NCBI GenBank assembly: GCA_002269645.1
Contig: NIVC01001708.1
Span: 124,001-188,000 of the forward strand
Direction of reading: 5' to 3'
Source: Macrostomum lignano
Taxonomy: Eukaryota
DNA: 64,000 nt
Shown: positions 36,081-49,300 of the stretch, piece after piece
How positions within the stretch are numbered: the first letter of the stretch is position 1
How the letters are laid out: each line of letters opens with the position of its first letter
Position numbers and translations under genes: made by a program
Notes under the pieces: model-generated
Database searches by the model: none
What the model saw: the letters and a program-made list of their open reading frames with translations, nothing else
What the model was told of the DNA's origin: nothing

Positions 36081-36217
36081 GCAGACAAACAGATACAGAC
36101 AAACAGATAAAAAGACAGACGGACAGACACACAGACGACACAGGCAGACAGACAAACAGACAGACAGGCAGACAAACAGATAGACAGGCAAACAGATAAA
36201 AAGACAGACAGACAAAC

Positions 36218-36254
<37 letters not shown>

Positions 36255-36265
36255 CAGACAGACAA

Positions 36266-36328
<63 letters not shown>

Positions 36329-36610
36329 CAGGCAGACAGACAGACAGACAGACAGGCAGACAAACAGATACAGACAAACAGATAAAAAGACAGACGGACA
36401 GACACACAGACGACACAGGCAGACAGACAAACAGACAGACAGGCAGACAAACAGATAGACAGGCAAACAGATAAAAAGACAGACAGACAAACAGATAGAC
36501 AGACAGACAGACAGACAGACTGATAGACAGGCAGACAGAGAGACACACACACACACACACACAGACAGACAGACAGACACACAGACAGACAGACAGACAT
36601 ACAGACATAC

Positions 36611-36681
<71 letters not shown>

Positions 36682-36690
36682 AACAGATTA
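35845..36690. repeat. Compound (ATTG)n/(ATAG)n/(ACAG)n microsatellite with an internal duplicated block
   Basis: Read directly; source of the VCLS-type ORFs. Confidence 0.95.
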
Positions 36691-37049
36691 CATATGCATG
36701 TGCAATACGCGATCGCCAGTTCATCCCTGAATTGCTACAATCAGCAGGCATTCCTGTGTGCTGCTTTCTTGTATAGTCTTCGCCTCCCAGCCACTCAAAG
36801 GCCATAATAGCAGAATCAATGGCTGTTTAGGGTCTTCGATCGCCAATAAAAATGCTTTCCGGCCGTGCTGCATCTGCGGCACAAATCGAGCGCGTCAGCC
36901 GTGCACTTTTGTGGCCTTAACGGCTAAGCAAATAAAATTCCATGATCTAATTTCATCCGCAGAAAATAAGGGCATTGTAATGCAATATACGGTCGTATGC
37001 ACACTACCAAATATCCCCCTCTCGCTCCCTACTCCCTGTCTTTAAATCC

Positions 37050-37487
37050 CTTCCCCATCTGCTGTCTCCCCTTCCCCAGCCGCTGTCTCCCCTTCCCAAG
37101 CCGCTGTCTCCCCTTCCCCAGCCGCTGTCTCCCCTTCCCAAGCCGCTGTCTCCCCTTCCCCATCCGCTGTCTCCCCTTCCCCATCCGCTGTCTCCCCTTC
37201 CCCAGCCGCTGTCTTCCCTTCCCCATCCGCTTTCTCCCCTTCCCCATCCGCTGTCTCCCCTTCCCCAGCCGCTGTCTTCCCTTCCCCATCCGCTTTCTCC
37301 CCTTCCCCAGCCGCTGTCTTCCCTTCCCCATCCGCTTTCTCCCCTTCCCCAGCCGCTGTCTCCCCTTCCCCAGCCGCTGTCTTCCCTTCCCCAGCCGCTG
37401 TCTCCCCTTCCCCATCCGCTGTCTCCCCTTCCCCATCCGCTGTCTCCCCTTCCCCATCCGCTGTCTTCCCTTCCCCAGCCGCTGTAT
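37050..37487. repeat. 21-bp minisatellite (CCGCTGTCTCCCCTTCCCCAG)
   Basis: About 20 tandem copies. Confidence 0.95.
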
Positions 37488-38595
37488 CTCCTATTTATTT
37501 TGTAGCAAAGCAAGCCTAAGGAAGCACATTAACAACAGTACCATAATAATGATCCATTAAAGGCTATAGCAATGACCCATACGAATATTGCGGGCTATAT
37601 GCATTATAACAAACATAGCAGCATAAAGCAAATGAGAACCGCGTCACACAACAGCATATATAGTTTAGAAATCACTGTTGGCTCTCTCTGCAGTTTTTGA
37701 GCTAGGAAAGCTAGGTAGGTTGAGTTGAGGGCTCTGCCAGTCTCTAATTGTCCGGTTAAATTTAGACACAGATTGCTGCAGCTGCAGCGGCAGAGGGCCA
37801 GAGATGATGACGAGGAGGCTTTAACGGTGCCGAAAGTGCTCGGACAGGTAAGGAGGGGTTGGGGCTCCATCTTTTAGCTAGAAATAGATGCACCAAGACC
37901 TAAGCAAACACTTCTTTTAGAATTAGGTTTTTTCACCGAGGCCGCTTACTATTGAGCCGGTGGGTGGGTTTGAGTAAGTTTTTTCTCCTGAAAAGAGGCT
38001 GGGCGCACCGATTGGTGCATTTTCTTAAAACGCACGCGCGGCCAGTTGTTGTCACCATAGGCGACATTGTCTGTTGCCCTACTTAACCCCCTCCCTATCT
38101 GCTGCCTGTCTGTCCTTCTCCTGTTCATTTTTAAGGCGAAGCGCGCGATCTTGTTCAGGGGACGGGCAGCACAGGAGCCCAGCACCGACTTTACAGGTAA
38201 GCGCTGCCTCTTGCTGTGTATTCTCGATAGATCGCTTCCTTTGTCAGGCAGGATTGCTTCAAGTGGGAGCGGGGCGTTTCGGGACCTGCCCGTGGTCACG
38301 TTCGAAGTTTTAAGTTTTTTTTGCAAACTAGCGCAGCTGCTCCCAACCCCCCGGACAGCTGGCTGCTCCCCTTAATCAAACAGCATTCGTTCCCTTTTTA
38401 TGTTTCAAATCAAGTTCGAGTTTCTCGAGGGAGGGGGCGAGCTTCCCGGCTTTGCTAGCTCAGCTGCGCGGAGGCAGCTGATTGAAGAGTTAATAGTGAT
38501 GCAGCTGCAGCAGGGACTCGATTTTGAGTCTGTCTTTTAACTGCGTTCGAGGCAAAGAAACAGACATGCATGCAGATAACTCAGCAGATGTAGTG

Positions 38596-38596
<1 letters not shown>

Positions 38597-38639
<43 letters not shown>

Positions 38640-38648
38640 GGACGGACG

Positions 38649-38715
<67 letters not shown>

Positions 38716-38790
38716 GGACAGGCACCCAGCCAGACAGACGGACAGACTAACAGACAGGCAGGCAGCCAGGCAGGCAGGCAGGCAGACGGA
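38597..38790. repeat. (GACA)n microsatellite
   Basis: Read directly. Confidence 0.95.
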
Positions 38791-39000
38791 CAGAAGAGCG
38801 GCAGAGAACGATAGCCCTGAGGAAGCCGCACTCATAGAAGAGGCTACTGCGATCAGCCAATGGCCACACAGCACGGAAGTGCGGCTTCCCCATAGGGAAC
38901 TCGAGTCCTTTATTCATAACACAGAATCCCCGCTTTCCCAAGCTGACTTCCCTCCGGCTGAGCTGGACTGACCGCCTTTCCTCCCGTCAGTTCCCCCAGC

Positions 39001-40292
39001 ATGGCGCGCCTGTTTCGCGCCACGGCGCGCAAGGGCCAGTGGAATCGAGCCCTGGACTACGGCAAAGCGGTACCCCGGCCCAGGCCGCTGGTCTGCTGCC
39101 TCATCAGCATGTGCCTCATCACCTGCCTGTGGCTGGCGAGCCGGTCAGGTGAGTGCTGCGTTAAGTTTGTTTTGGAGTGACTTACTGGGATTTGAGATTC
39201 TGGGATTCCGTACTTTGGGAACTTTTATACTTGCCGGGCTGACCGATTCAGAGGAAGAACTAAATTATTAAGGGATTAATTTGCTAAGAAAGGCTTCATC
39301 ATTCATCATTTTCTCTGCATCGCGAGGCTGAGTGGGGCAGGGGAATTGCTTAATTAAACTAATTATGCACCTGCTTTGCCTCCTCTTTCTGCCTGGCCAA
39401 GCAGCCTCTATACATGTAGGTTGGGAGGGGGCCTTTGACCCTCGTGACTCTCCGTATGACTTTTGAAATCTGGGCTGTGAGCTGTGAAAGTCCACAAGGT
39501 GTTTGACGTGACGCTTACAACATTCATATATTAAATAAGTCGAAGTTAGTGAATTTTGTGAATTTTCCGCCACTTGCCCACTTTGTTACGCCTAAGAAGA
39601 ATTTAATTACTAAAATAGATTTTTCATTTCGGATTTTTTAGAAACGCCATTGGCATGGTTACTAACTGTAGGCAATATTTCTACAACCCAGTTATGCAGG
39701 TTTTGTCGCAATAATCACTCTTTGTTAAAGTCTTCAATCCTGAGCATATATTCTACCTATAGAAATAATTCTTCTGCTAAAAGAAATTAATTCGCACCCT
39801 TTTATCGAAGGAATTATTTCTAGCAGTCTAAATATAGCTTGCGCGATTGAGCAAGCCTAACCGATTTAGTATATGGACTAGCACTCCGCCCCCCCCCCCC
39901 CGCCGGGGTGCTCGGTTTTCAATAAGATTTTTATTCGAAACTCCAATGCACCCGCAGCCACTGCCGGCATCATTCTTCGCCGTCTCCATGGCGACGACCA
40001 GATGGCTAAAATTGGAGTTGGCAGGTCGATACGGCAGCCATCCGTCGCTGCCGCGGCGGCCGCCGCCGCCGCTGCTCCGGGAAGTCGGCGACTGCTTTCG
40101 GCTTCATCATCTTCGTCTGACCCGAACGCCACCTACTACAACTACAAGTGCGAGAGGAAGAACTCCAGCACCAAGGCCGTAGTGGCCTGGGAGACCTGCG
40201 ACACTGAGAAGGCGACTGGAAATCTTGGCGGCTGGATTGTGCTGTACATTGTGTGCACCATCATCATCTTCATCGGTGAGTGATGTACATAT

Positions 40293-40358
<66 letters not shown>

Positions 40359-43300
40359 ACTATCATGATCTTCATCGGTGAGTGATGTACATATCAGTAT
40401 GTGTGTGCAGCATCATGATATTCATCGGTGAGTGAGGTACAAATCAGTGTGTGTGTGCAGCATCATCATCTTCAGCGGTGAGTGATGTACATCAGCGCAT
40501 AAAAATGCTAGATTTAACAGGTACACGAGCATCGATTTAGCCTGAGACTTTGAAGTCCTTAGTGAAGGCTGCGCACTTCTGAGTCCTCTACAACACGCCT
40601 CTTAATTAAACAGGATTATTCTCCACTTGATTCCACTTGATTCCGTCTCTAAGCGGAACTTACAGTTCAAGCCTCCCTTTAAGTGGCATTTGAGATGAAG
40701 GAGGTTGGGCGTTAAACACGAGGCTGGAGTAGGCTGGGCTGCCTTCCTGAGCTGCCGCTAAGTTAAAGTAATCTTGTACATGTATATACGCATAGCAACT
40801 ATTTCTTTATTTACCGGTTAAACGGCACTGTCTCGTTATAAGGCCCTCGGGGGCCAAGAGGTTTTACTAATAATAAGGGCAGGCAGTTCTCTAGCCTGTC
40901 TGTCCGCCTCTTCAGGCAGGCGGGGTGGGAAGACAGTTCCTAACTATCTTTCAAATAGGAAACTGATTGCAGCCTCTTTCTGTCGAGGTTGTCAAGACGA
41001 CCGCGAGGCTGTAAGGGAGGGTAGCTGGGCGGTGGACAAGCCTGCAGAGTCTCACTTTATAGGAGGTTCAGCTCTCAAGACCAGCCTGCAAAACGGAAAA
41101 TCGAGGGAGGAAAATTTCCTGAAAATCTGACAGAGGACCTCTAAGGTTTCTTGGGCTAGGCAGAGGGTAGATGTGCAATGAAGAGCGCCTCCGCAGACGG
41201 CGGCAGTTAAGGGGATTATCTCAAGGCGGATTAGAGAAGATTACGAAGGTAGATTAAGCAATATGAAACTTTATGCGGGGGGCTCTGTATGCCGCTTCTG
41301 CCTGTGCGAACTTCGGGAAGTGGCCGATCGTGCAGGAAGTGATGCCCATACAGGGCGTGGCCATAAACTGCGAGCCATAATCTGCTTCCAAGAAAATACG
41401 CTATATTTCATGCAGGATTATACTGCTATCTTCTTGCGCAGTTCCCTTACAGTGATTAGCCTAAAAATGTAACACTGAGCTTCCGATTAAATCGATCTGA
41501 GAATTGCAGTTAGCAGCGGTCCTGACCGGTTGTTCTAGAGTTTCACTTCTCATGATTATATAAGGGCGATAATTTTTGGGGATTGATTATCGAACAGTCT
41601 GCTTGAGGCCGGGTTGAGATTTGGATTAACTTCAGCGATTCTAGGTGAAGGAAATAAAGAAGTGTAAAAGGCAATGGGTGATTAATTGAGTGGATGAGAG
41701 GTGCAGTCAGAGGTGCAGTCAGAGGTGCAGTCAGAGGTGCAGTCAGAGGTGCAGTCAGAGGTGCAGTCAGAGGTGCAGTCAGAGGTGCAGTCAGAGGTGC
41801 AGTCAGAGGTGCACCAGTGCAGAACTTCCTCCCATCCCGCAGCCGTGGCCATTGTGTGCGACGACTTCTTCGTGCCCTCGCTGGAGATCATCTCGGAGAA
41901 GCTGAACCTCTCGGAGGACGTGGCCGGCGCGACCTTCATGGCGGCGGGCAGCTCAGCACCCGAGCTGTTCAGCTCAGTGGCCGCCGTGGCCTTCGACTCT
42001 GACGCCGGGGTCGGCACCATCGCTGGGTGCGTCTCTCTCATCTACTCTCCCTGTCTCCATCGTCTACTCTCACTGTCTCCCTTATCTACTCTCCCCGTCT
42101 CCCTTATCTACTCTCCCCGTCTCCCTTATCTACTCTCCCCGTCTCCCTTATCTACTCTCCCCGTCTCCCTTATCTACTCTCCCCGTCTCCCTTATCTACT
42201 CTCCCCGTCTCCCTTATCTACTCTCCCCGTCTCCCTTATCTACTCTCCCCGTCTCCCTTATCTACTCTCCCCGTCTCCCTTATCTACTCTCACTGTCTTC
42301 CTCACCTACTCTCCCTATCTCCATCATCTACTCTCCCCTATCTCTCCCATCTACTCTCCTCCATCTTTCTCATCTACTCTCCCCGTCTCCATCATCTACT
42401 CTCCTTCATCTCCCTCATCTACTCTCCCCGTCTCCCTCATCTACTCTCCCCGTCTACCTCATCAACTCTCCCTAATATTCCTCATTTACTCTGTTGTAAT
42501 CAAATGCAGATTCGACTTTGACTGACTCAGGCAGTTGGCAAGAAAGTTTAATCAAATTATTTTAATCTGCTGAGAATTTTTATAATATTTCAGTTCCGCC
42601 GTCTTCAACCTGCTTGTGATCATCTCTTTGACTGCCGCTTTCGCGGGAAAGGTGAATTTTTAATTAATGCAACTTTCTTAGAAAATTTTGACCATAAAGA
42701 AAGAGTCTCTCGTTAAAATCCACTTCGATAAAGAAGTTGCAGTGCTTCCGAGGCAAATATGTCTCAAATCCTCGCAAAAGTCATAGATATAGAAAAAATA
42801 CGGTCAATTCATAATATATTAATATAGACTGGCTGCTGAGGACTGAAATGAACTGAAAAGCCTCGGCGCGTTATGGGTTAGGCTAAAGCGCGGACGCACA
42901 ACGCGGTTTCACGTCCACAGAAACTGTCTATGGTTGAAAAAGCTTTAGCTATATGCTTCGTGGCGGTTTCGCAGTCCGCGGAGACTGTCTATGGTTGAAA
43001 CCCAAATAGAGTTTGAAGCATTATTCTCTTGGTGGGTGGGAGAGAGAATAATATTTAAACAGCTTTAAGGTTCGGAATTAGCCATGTTTCACTGGGAATC
43101 AATACTAGAGGAAGATATTAGCGGTTTAGAAATGAATGAGATTGAGTTTCTGCAGCAACTTTGCCATCGTGATCCTGGTGAAGAAGTTAGTCAGTGGACC
43201 GGTGTGACCGTAAGACAGCAGGAGTTGATTGACGCAGAATTGTCCAATCCAAGCATTCTGAATAATGCCGAGCTTCTGCGGGAACTGACGGAAGAAGAGG

Positions 43301-46300
43301 AAGCTGCTGTGCAAGACGTCGAAGAGGCTGCCAAACGCAAATCGACCACGGATCAAACCGCTCTCCATGTGAAGCGCTTCAAAAAATATCTGGTGGACCA
43401 GAAACTGCCGGACAACATCGAAACAATGCCGATCCGCTATCTTTGTGCCTATATGCGGCTGTGGTTTGTGTCACTGAGGACTCAGGAAGGCAAGCCATAC
43501 GCTGTCCGAAGTCTGGTGTGCTTCAGGGCGTCTATTCATCGGTACGTGCTGGAGACAAGGAACGTGCGAATTATAGGTAACACCGAATTTTTGTCGTTTG
43601 AACGGACGTACAAGGCATGCCTGATGACGGCTCTGAGGGAGAAAACGTCTATAGGCAATGCGTCTACGTACTGTCCAATTGATGACTCTGACTTCCATCG
43701 GCTGCGTGTGTATTTCGACCGTACGACACCGACGCGTCTACAATTCGAGGTTCTGTTTAAAATCGTGTATGGATTCGGCTTCAGGGGCCGTGAGTGGCTG
43801 AGGGGATTGACGAAGGCCGACGTGAGGATTGACGAATGCGATGGAGTTCGATATATCGACTTGGTGAAGGATGGTGTGGAGAAGACAGTAACGGCGGACG
43901 ACCCAACCACACGAAAGTCGATCATTTTGGCCGAAACGCCGACTGACCCGAATACGTGTCCGGTTCGTGCGATGGAGATGTACCTGGCAAAAATACCAGA
44001 TGACGTCGGTTGTCTGTGGCCTAAACCGCTGGAACGAGGGTTTTCCATGGAAGGTTTCTGGTATCACAAGAGCCTTGTACTCGGCAAACACTGGCTTAAT
44101 GAGTTCATGAAGAAATTGTGTGAGCTGGCGGGACTGAGCAATCGTGCTCACACCAATCATTGCATACGCGCCTCCGTTGTAACCAACTTGATGGAGGATG
44201 GCGTCAGCGTTTCCGAGATTCAAGCCGTGACCGGTCACAAACGAGCGGAGAGCGTTGAACATTACAACAAGAGATTGAAGTTCTCCAAAGAAGTCAACCT
44301 ATCCCGAGCAATCAGTGAGCGACTCTCTGGCACTGCGGAACAAACCCTGGCATCGGCTGGTCAGAGCGGGAGCAAGTTCGACTGCTGGATGCATCGTACT
44401 GTCACAAAATACGACTGCGTTGGGCATGCCTGGGTCAATTGTAGCTAACCAGGGCGTATCGATTGGTGCCAACCAGGCGAGCGTTTTTGAGAAATGCAAA
44501 TTTGAGAATTGCACATTCAACATTACACCACGCTAACTGACAGATGTAACTATTGAGGTAACTATTGATGAACTCTCCAGCCACATATCATTTTGAGCTT
44601 CCAAGCGTTATTTACTGAATTATTTCGTTTACTTTGTGTTTCATTCCTGTTGTGTTTGGTCTTGTGTTTGTTGGCAGTGAAATATACAGTGGCTATAAGT
44701 GATGAATTGAATATAATTGAAATATGCTTCAACCATAGACAGTGACGGCGGACAAATGTAGAGCGTTTCAATCGCGTTTCAACCCAGGCAGCCTACCCAT
44801 AACTAATATTCTTAATATACGAGCTATTTCTCCAATTTTCAATTTTTTTTCATTTGCACAGAAATATTCCTTGATTCCGTCAAAATAATACATAGAGCAT
44901 AAATAAATATTCTTCAATTGCATCAAAATATCCCCAAATCCATATAGACACACCAAATTACACTAAATATCCTAATTCCATCTAGACATCCCAAATTACA
45001 CTAAATATCCCCAGTTCCATCTAGACATCCCAAATTACACTAAATATCCCCAATTCAATCTAGACATTACAAATTACACTAAATATCCCCAATACCATTT
45101 AGACATCCCAAATTACACTAAATATCCCAAATTCCCTAACTGCTAAGAAAGATCTCCAACCGCCCACGCAACCATCAGGTTTTACACCTGGACTGGAGAC
45201 CGCTAGTCAGGGACTCCATCTTTTACCTGATCTCCATCATCTACTTCATCGTGATGATGTACGATTCGGTAGTGCAGATCTGGGACGCTGTGGTCCTGCT
45301 GGTTCTGTACATCGTGTACATCGTGCTGATGGTCCTGAACCCCAGGCTGATGAACAAGCTGGCCGAGCTGGAGAAGAAGTGCCGCTGCCAGTGGTTGGTG
45401 ACGCCCAATTTTTGATTGACAGCTGCGTAGCAATGCCCTATCTTCTGGAAGACAGATGTTCTGCTGCAGAATGCAGAATCAGTTTGTTAAGGTTCTTAGG
45501 ACTCTAATCCCTAATACCTAAACTAATGCTTTATTACCTAAGCGACTGATCCTCTAATACCCAAGCGACTGATCCTCTAATACCTAAGCGACTGATCCTC
45601 TAATACCTAAGCGACTAATCTTCTAATACCTAAGCGACTAATCCTCTAATACCCAAGCGACTGATCCTCTAATATCTAAGCGACTAATCCTCTAATACCT
45701 AAGCGACTGATCCTCTAATACCTAAGCGACTAATCCTCTGATACCCAAGCGACTGATCCTCTAATATCTAAGCGACTAATCTTCTAATACCTAAGCGACT
45801 GATCCTCTAATATCTAAGCGACTAATCTTCTAATACCTAAGCGACTAATCCTCTGATACCCAAGCGACTGATCCTCTAATATCTAAGCGACTAATCTTCT
45901 AATACCTAAGCGACTAATCCTCTGATACCCAAGCGACTGATCCTCTAATATCTAAGCGACTAATCTTCTAATACCTAAGCGACTGATCCTCTAATATCTA
46001 AGCGACTAATCTTCTAATACCTAAGCGACTAATCCTCTGATACCCAAGCGACTGATCCTCTAATATCTAAGCGACTAATCTTCTAATACCTAAGCGACTA
46101 ATCCTCTGATACCCAAGCGACTGATCCTCTAATATCTAAGCGACTAATCCTCTAATACCCAAGCGACTGATCCTCTAATACTCAAGCGACTGATCCTCTA
46201 ATACCTAAGCGACTGATCCTCTAATACCTAAGCGACTGATCCTCTAATACCTAAGTGACTGGTCCTCTAATACCTAAGCGACTAATCCTCTAATACCTAA

Positions 46301-49300
46301 GCGACTGATCCTCTAATACCTAAGCGACTGATCCTCTAATACATAAGCGACTGGTCCTCTAATACCTACAATCGACTAATCCTCTAATACCTAAGCGACT
46401 AATCCTCTAACTGCCAAGCCGACCTGTGGCTAACTCCCTAATGTATAGAGTCACTACTCCTATAATTTCTATACAAATAATAATAATTCTGACGCACTCC
46501 AACAATCCGTCCCTTTGAAGCCCCAATTATCTCCCGACTTACAACCTCGAAAAGTTTTGCCGCGACTTTCCAGGAAATGTCCCCTCTGTACTCGCGAGTT
46601 CACCCCGCGCGCCGACCGCCTCTTTATAGGAAAATGTTTTCCCCATCCCCCGGCTCGCTTAAAGCAGGCCGCACTCCTTCGTTTCCAGTTCCTTAACGAC
46701 CTATCGTCAATATCCTTAGCTACCTGTCTCCCTCTAATCTGTCATCCAAACTTGACCAAAAATGTTACAAACAAGGTCTAAGCCCAGAATTTGTACTTTT
46801 AAACTGATACTGTTTGAATATGCCGAGTCCCGCACGATGAGACTCGGGGGACAGAGGAGGATAGAGTTTCGGTTCCTCTTCTTTTAAGTCCTCGCGGAAC
46901 TCAAGCCGAGCATTCATCCGAATCGTGACGTCATTTCAGCCGGGTGGAGCCCGCCGAGGACGAGGAGCAACAGGCGGGCGACGAGGAACCGCAGCCCGAG
47001 CCGGGACGGCGGGTGAGACTGCATGGCGGGGAGGGGAAGACGGCGGGTGAGACTGCATGGCGGGGAGGGGAAGACGGCGGGTGAGACTGCATGGCGGGGA
47101 GGGGAAGACGGCGGGTGAGACTGCATGGCGGGGAGGGGAAGACGGCGGGTGAAATTACATGGCGGGAGGGGAAGACAGCGGGTGAGACTACAGGTTGGAG
47201 TGGAGGAGATGGCGGGTCAGACTGTGGGATTCGGGATACAGCGGGAGAGACTGGGGTGGAAGACAGCTCGTGTTCAAGATGACTACAGACTTAGGCTGGT
47301 ATCAGTAGTCAGGTGAGACGTCTGAGAGCTACGGTAGCGCTCAGTTGCCGCTGGCTCCATCCGTCCCGCAGGCCTCCGTGATGTCGGCCTCCAGCGTTCA
47401 CAGCCAGGAGAGGCGGCACTTCCGGCACGACCGCAGGAACTCCGTGCTGCTGAACCTGCACAGCTCGCCATCCGGACTGCGCACCGAGCGGCGGGAGAGC
47501 GTTGGACAGTCCACGGTGAGGGCCCGGGTTCGAGTCTTCGCGTTGGGATTGGCGCCGGAGTTTGGAAACCTCAGCGAAGGAATAGAATGGATTGCTAATC
47601 TAGCCAGCATCATGGATGATGGATTAGAATGGATTGCTAATCTAGCCTGCATCATGGATGAAGGATTAGAATGGATTGCTAATCTAGCCAGCATCATGGA
47701 TGATGGATTAGAATGGATTGCTAATCTAGCCTGCATCATGGATGAAGGATTAGAATGGATTGCTAATCTAGCCAGCATCATGGATGATGGATTAGAATGG
47801 ATTGCTAATCTAGCCAAAATCATGGATGAAGGATTAGAATGGATTGCTAATCTAGCCAAAATCATGGATGAAGGAATAGAATGGATTGCTAATCTAGCCA
47901 AAATCATGGATAAAGGATTAGAATGGATTGCTAATCTAGCCAAAATCATGGATAAAGGATTAGAATGGATTGCTAATCTAGCCAAAATCATGGATAAAGG
48001 ATTAGAATGGATTGCTAATCTAGCCAGCATCATGGATGAAGGAATAGAATGGATTGCTAATCTAGACTGCATCATGGATGAAGGATTAGAATGGATTGCT
48101 AATCTAGCCAGCATCATGGATGAAGGATTAGAATGGATTGCTAATCTAGCCTGCATCATGGATGATGGATTAGAATGGATTGCTAATCTAGCCTGCATCA
48201 TGGATGAAGGAATAGAATGGATTGCTAATCTAGCCTGCATCATGGATGAAGGATTAGAATGGATTGCTAATCTAGCCTGCATCATGGATGAAGGATTAGA
48301 ATGGATTGCTAATCTAGCCTGCATCATAGATGAAGGAATAGAATGGATTGCTAATCTATCCTGCATCATGGATGAAGGATTAGAATGGATTGCTAATCTA
48401 GCCAGCATCATGAATGATGGATTAGAATGGATTGCTAATCTAGCCAGCATCATGGATAAAGGATTAGAATGAATTGCTAGTATAATCTACTCGTATTTGT
48501 AAGAAAAAAATTAATTAGAAAACGATAAGAACAAAGAATTTGTATCTGCTTTCACACAGAGTAGCTACATTGAATTTTCATTTCCACTAATTCTCGCCTG
48601 CACTTTATAGCGCTCATGTGGCGCGTGACTTCGGTGAACTAAAAAAACTGCGAAATCTGCGCCCTTTAACTAGGTCAATCTAGTTAAGCCTCCACCGGTA
48701 TAACTTTGCTCCGGATCATTAGGCATCGTTATCTCCTCGCAGACACCCCTTCCGCTGTTTATTGGCCCCCTTTCACTTGTTTTCCTACCCCCCCCCAATG
48801 TACATTAGCACTGTACATTCATTCTACCGTCACCTCACCCCGCCCGCTATCTCTCTGCTTCCATCAGCCGACAGATTTCGCATCCCTGAAAAAGTACATC
48901 GTGCCCCAAGAGCCAATAAACAGAATACAAAAGCCCGTCTTGCAGCACGACTTGAAGACGGAGGCCTGCATCATTCCCGAGGAGAAGCAGTCAGCAGATG
49001 TTGACCTGGGCACGCACGAAGTCAAATTCAACTTTCAGGACTTCGATAGTTCCACAGTGAGCCAACGAGAGAGGCTAACCAAAAACTGAATTTCGCTTGA
49101 CAGCATAATTAACACTGCTAAAATAATCGCGTGCTCTAAAACAGCAAACTTTAGTAATAACACCGGTATATACTACTTACTTTAACATATTAGTAGAGAG
49201 TAGCGAATTTTAACTCCTTAAACTAACAGGCTGCAGCGGCAGCTTCAAAACAGTCAGTTCGTCGCGACAGCGGCGTCGGAGTTGGCAGCGGCTCCTGCCG

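Noticed and set aside
43084-44448. Prokaryotic phage integrase or bacterial contamination
   Set aside because: It sits inside a spliced eukaryotic gene, has no phage or operon context, and its motifs fit eukaryotic Crypton-type YRs.
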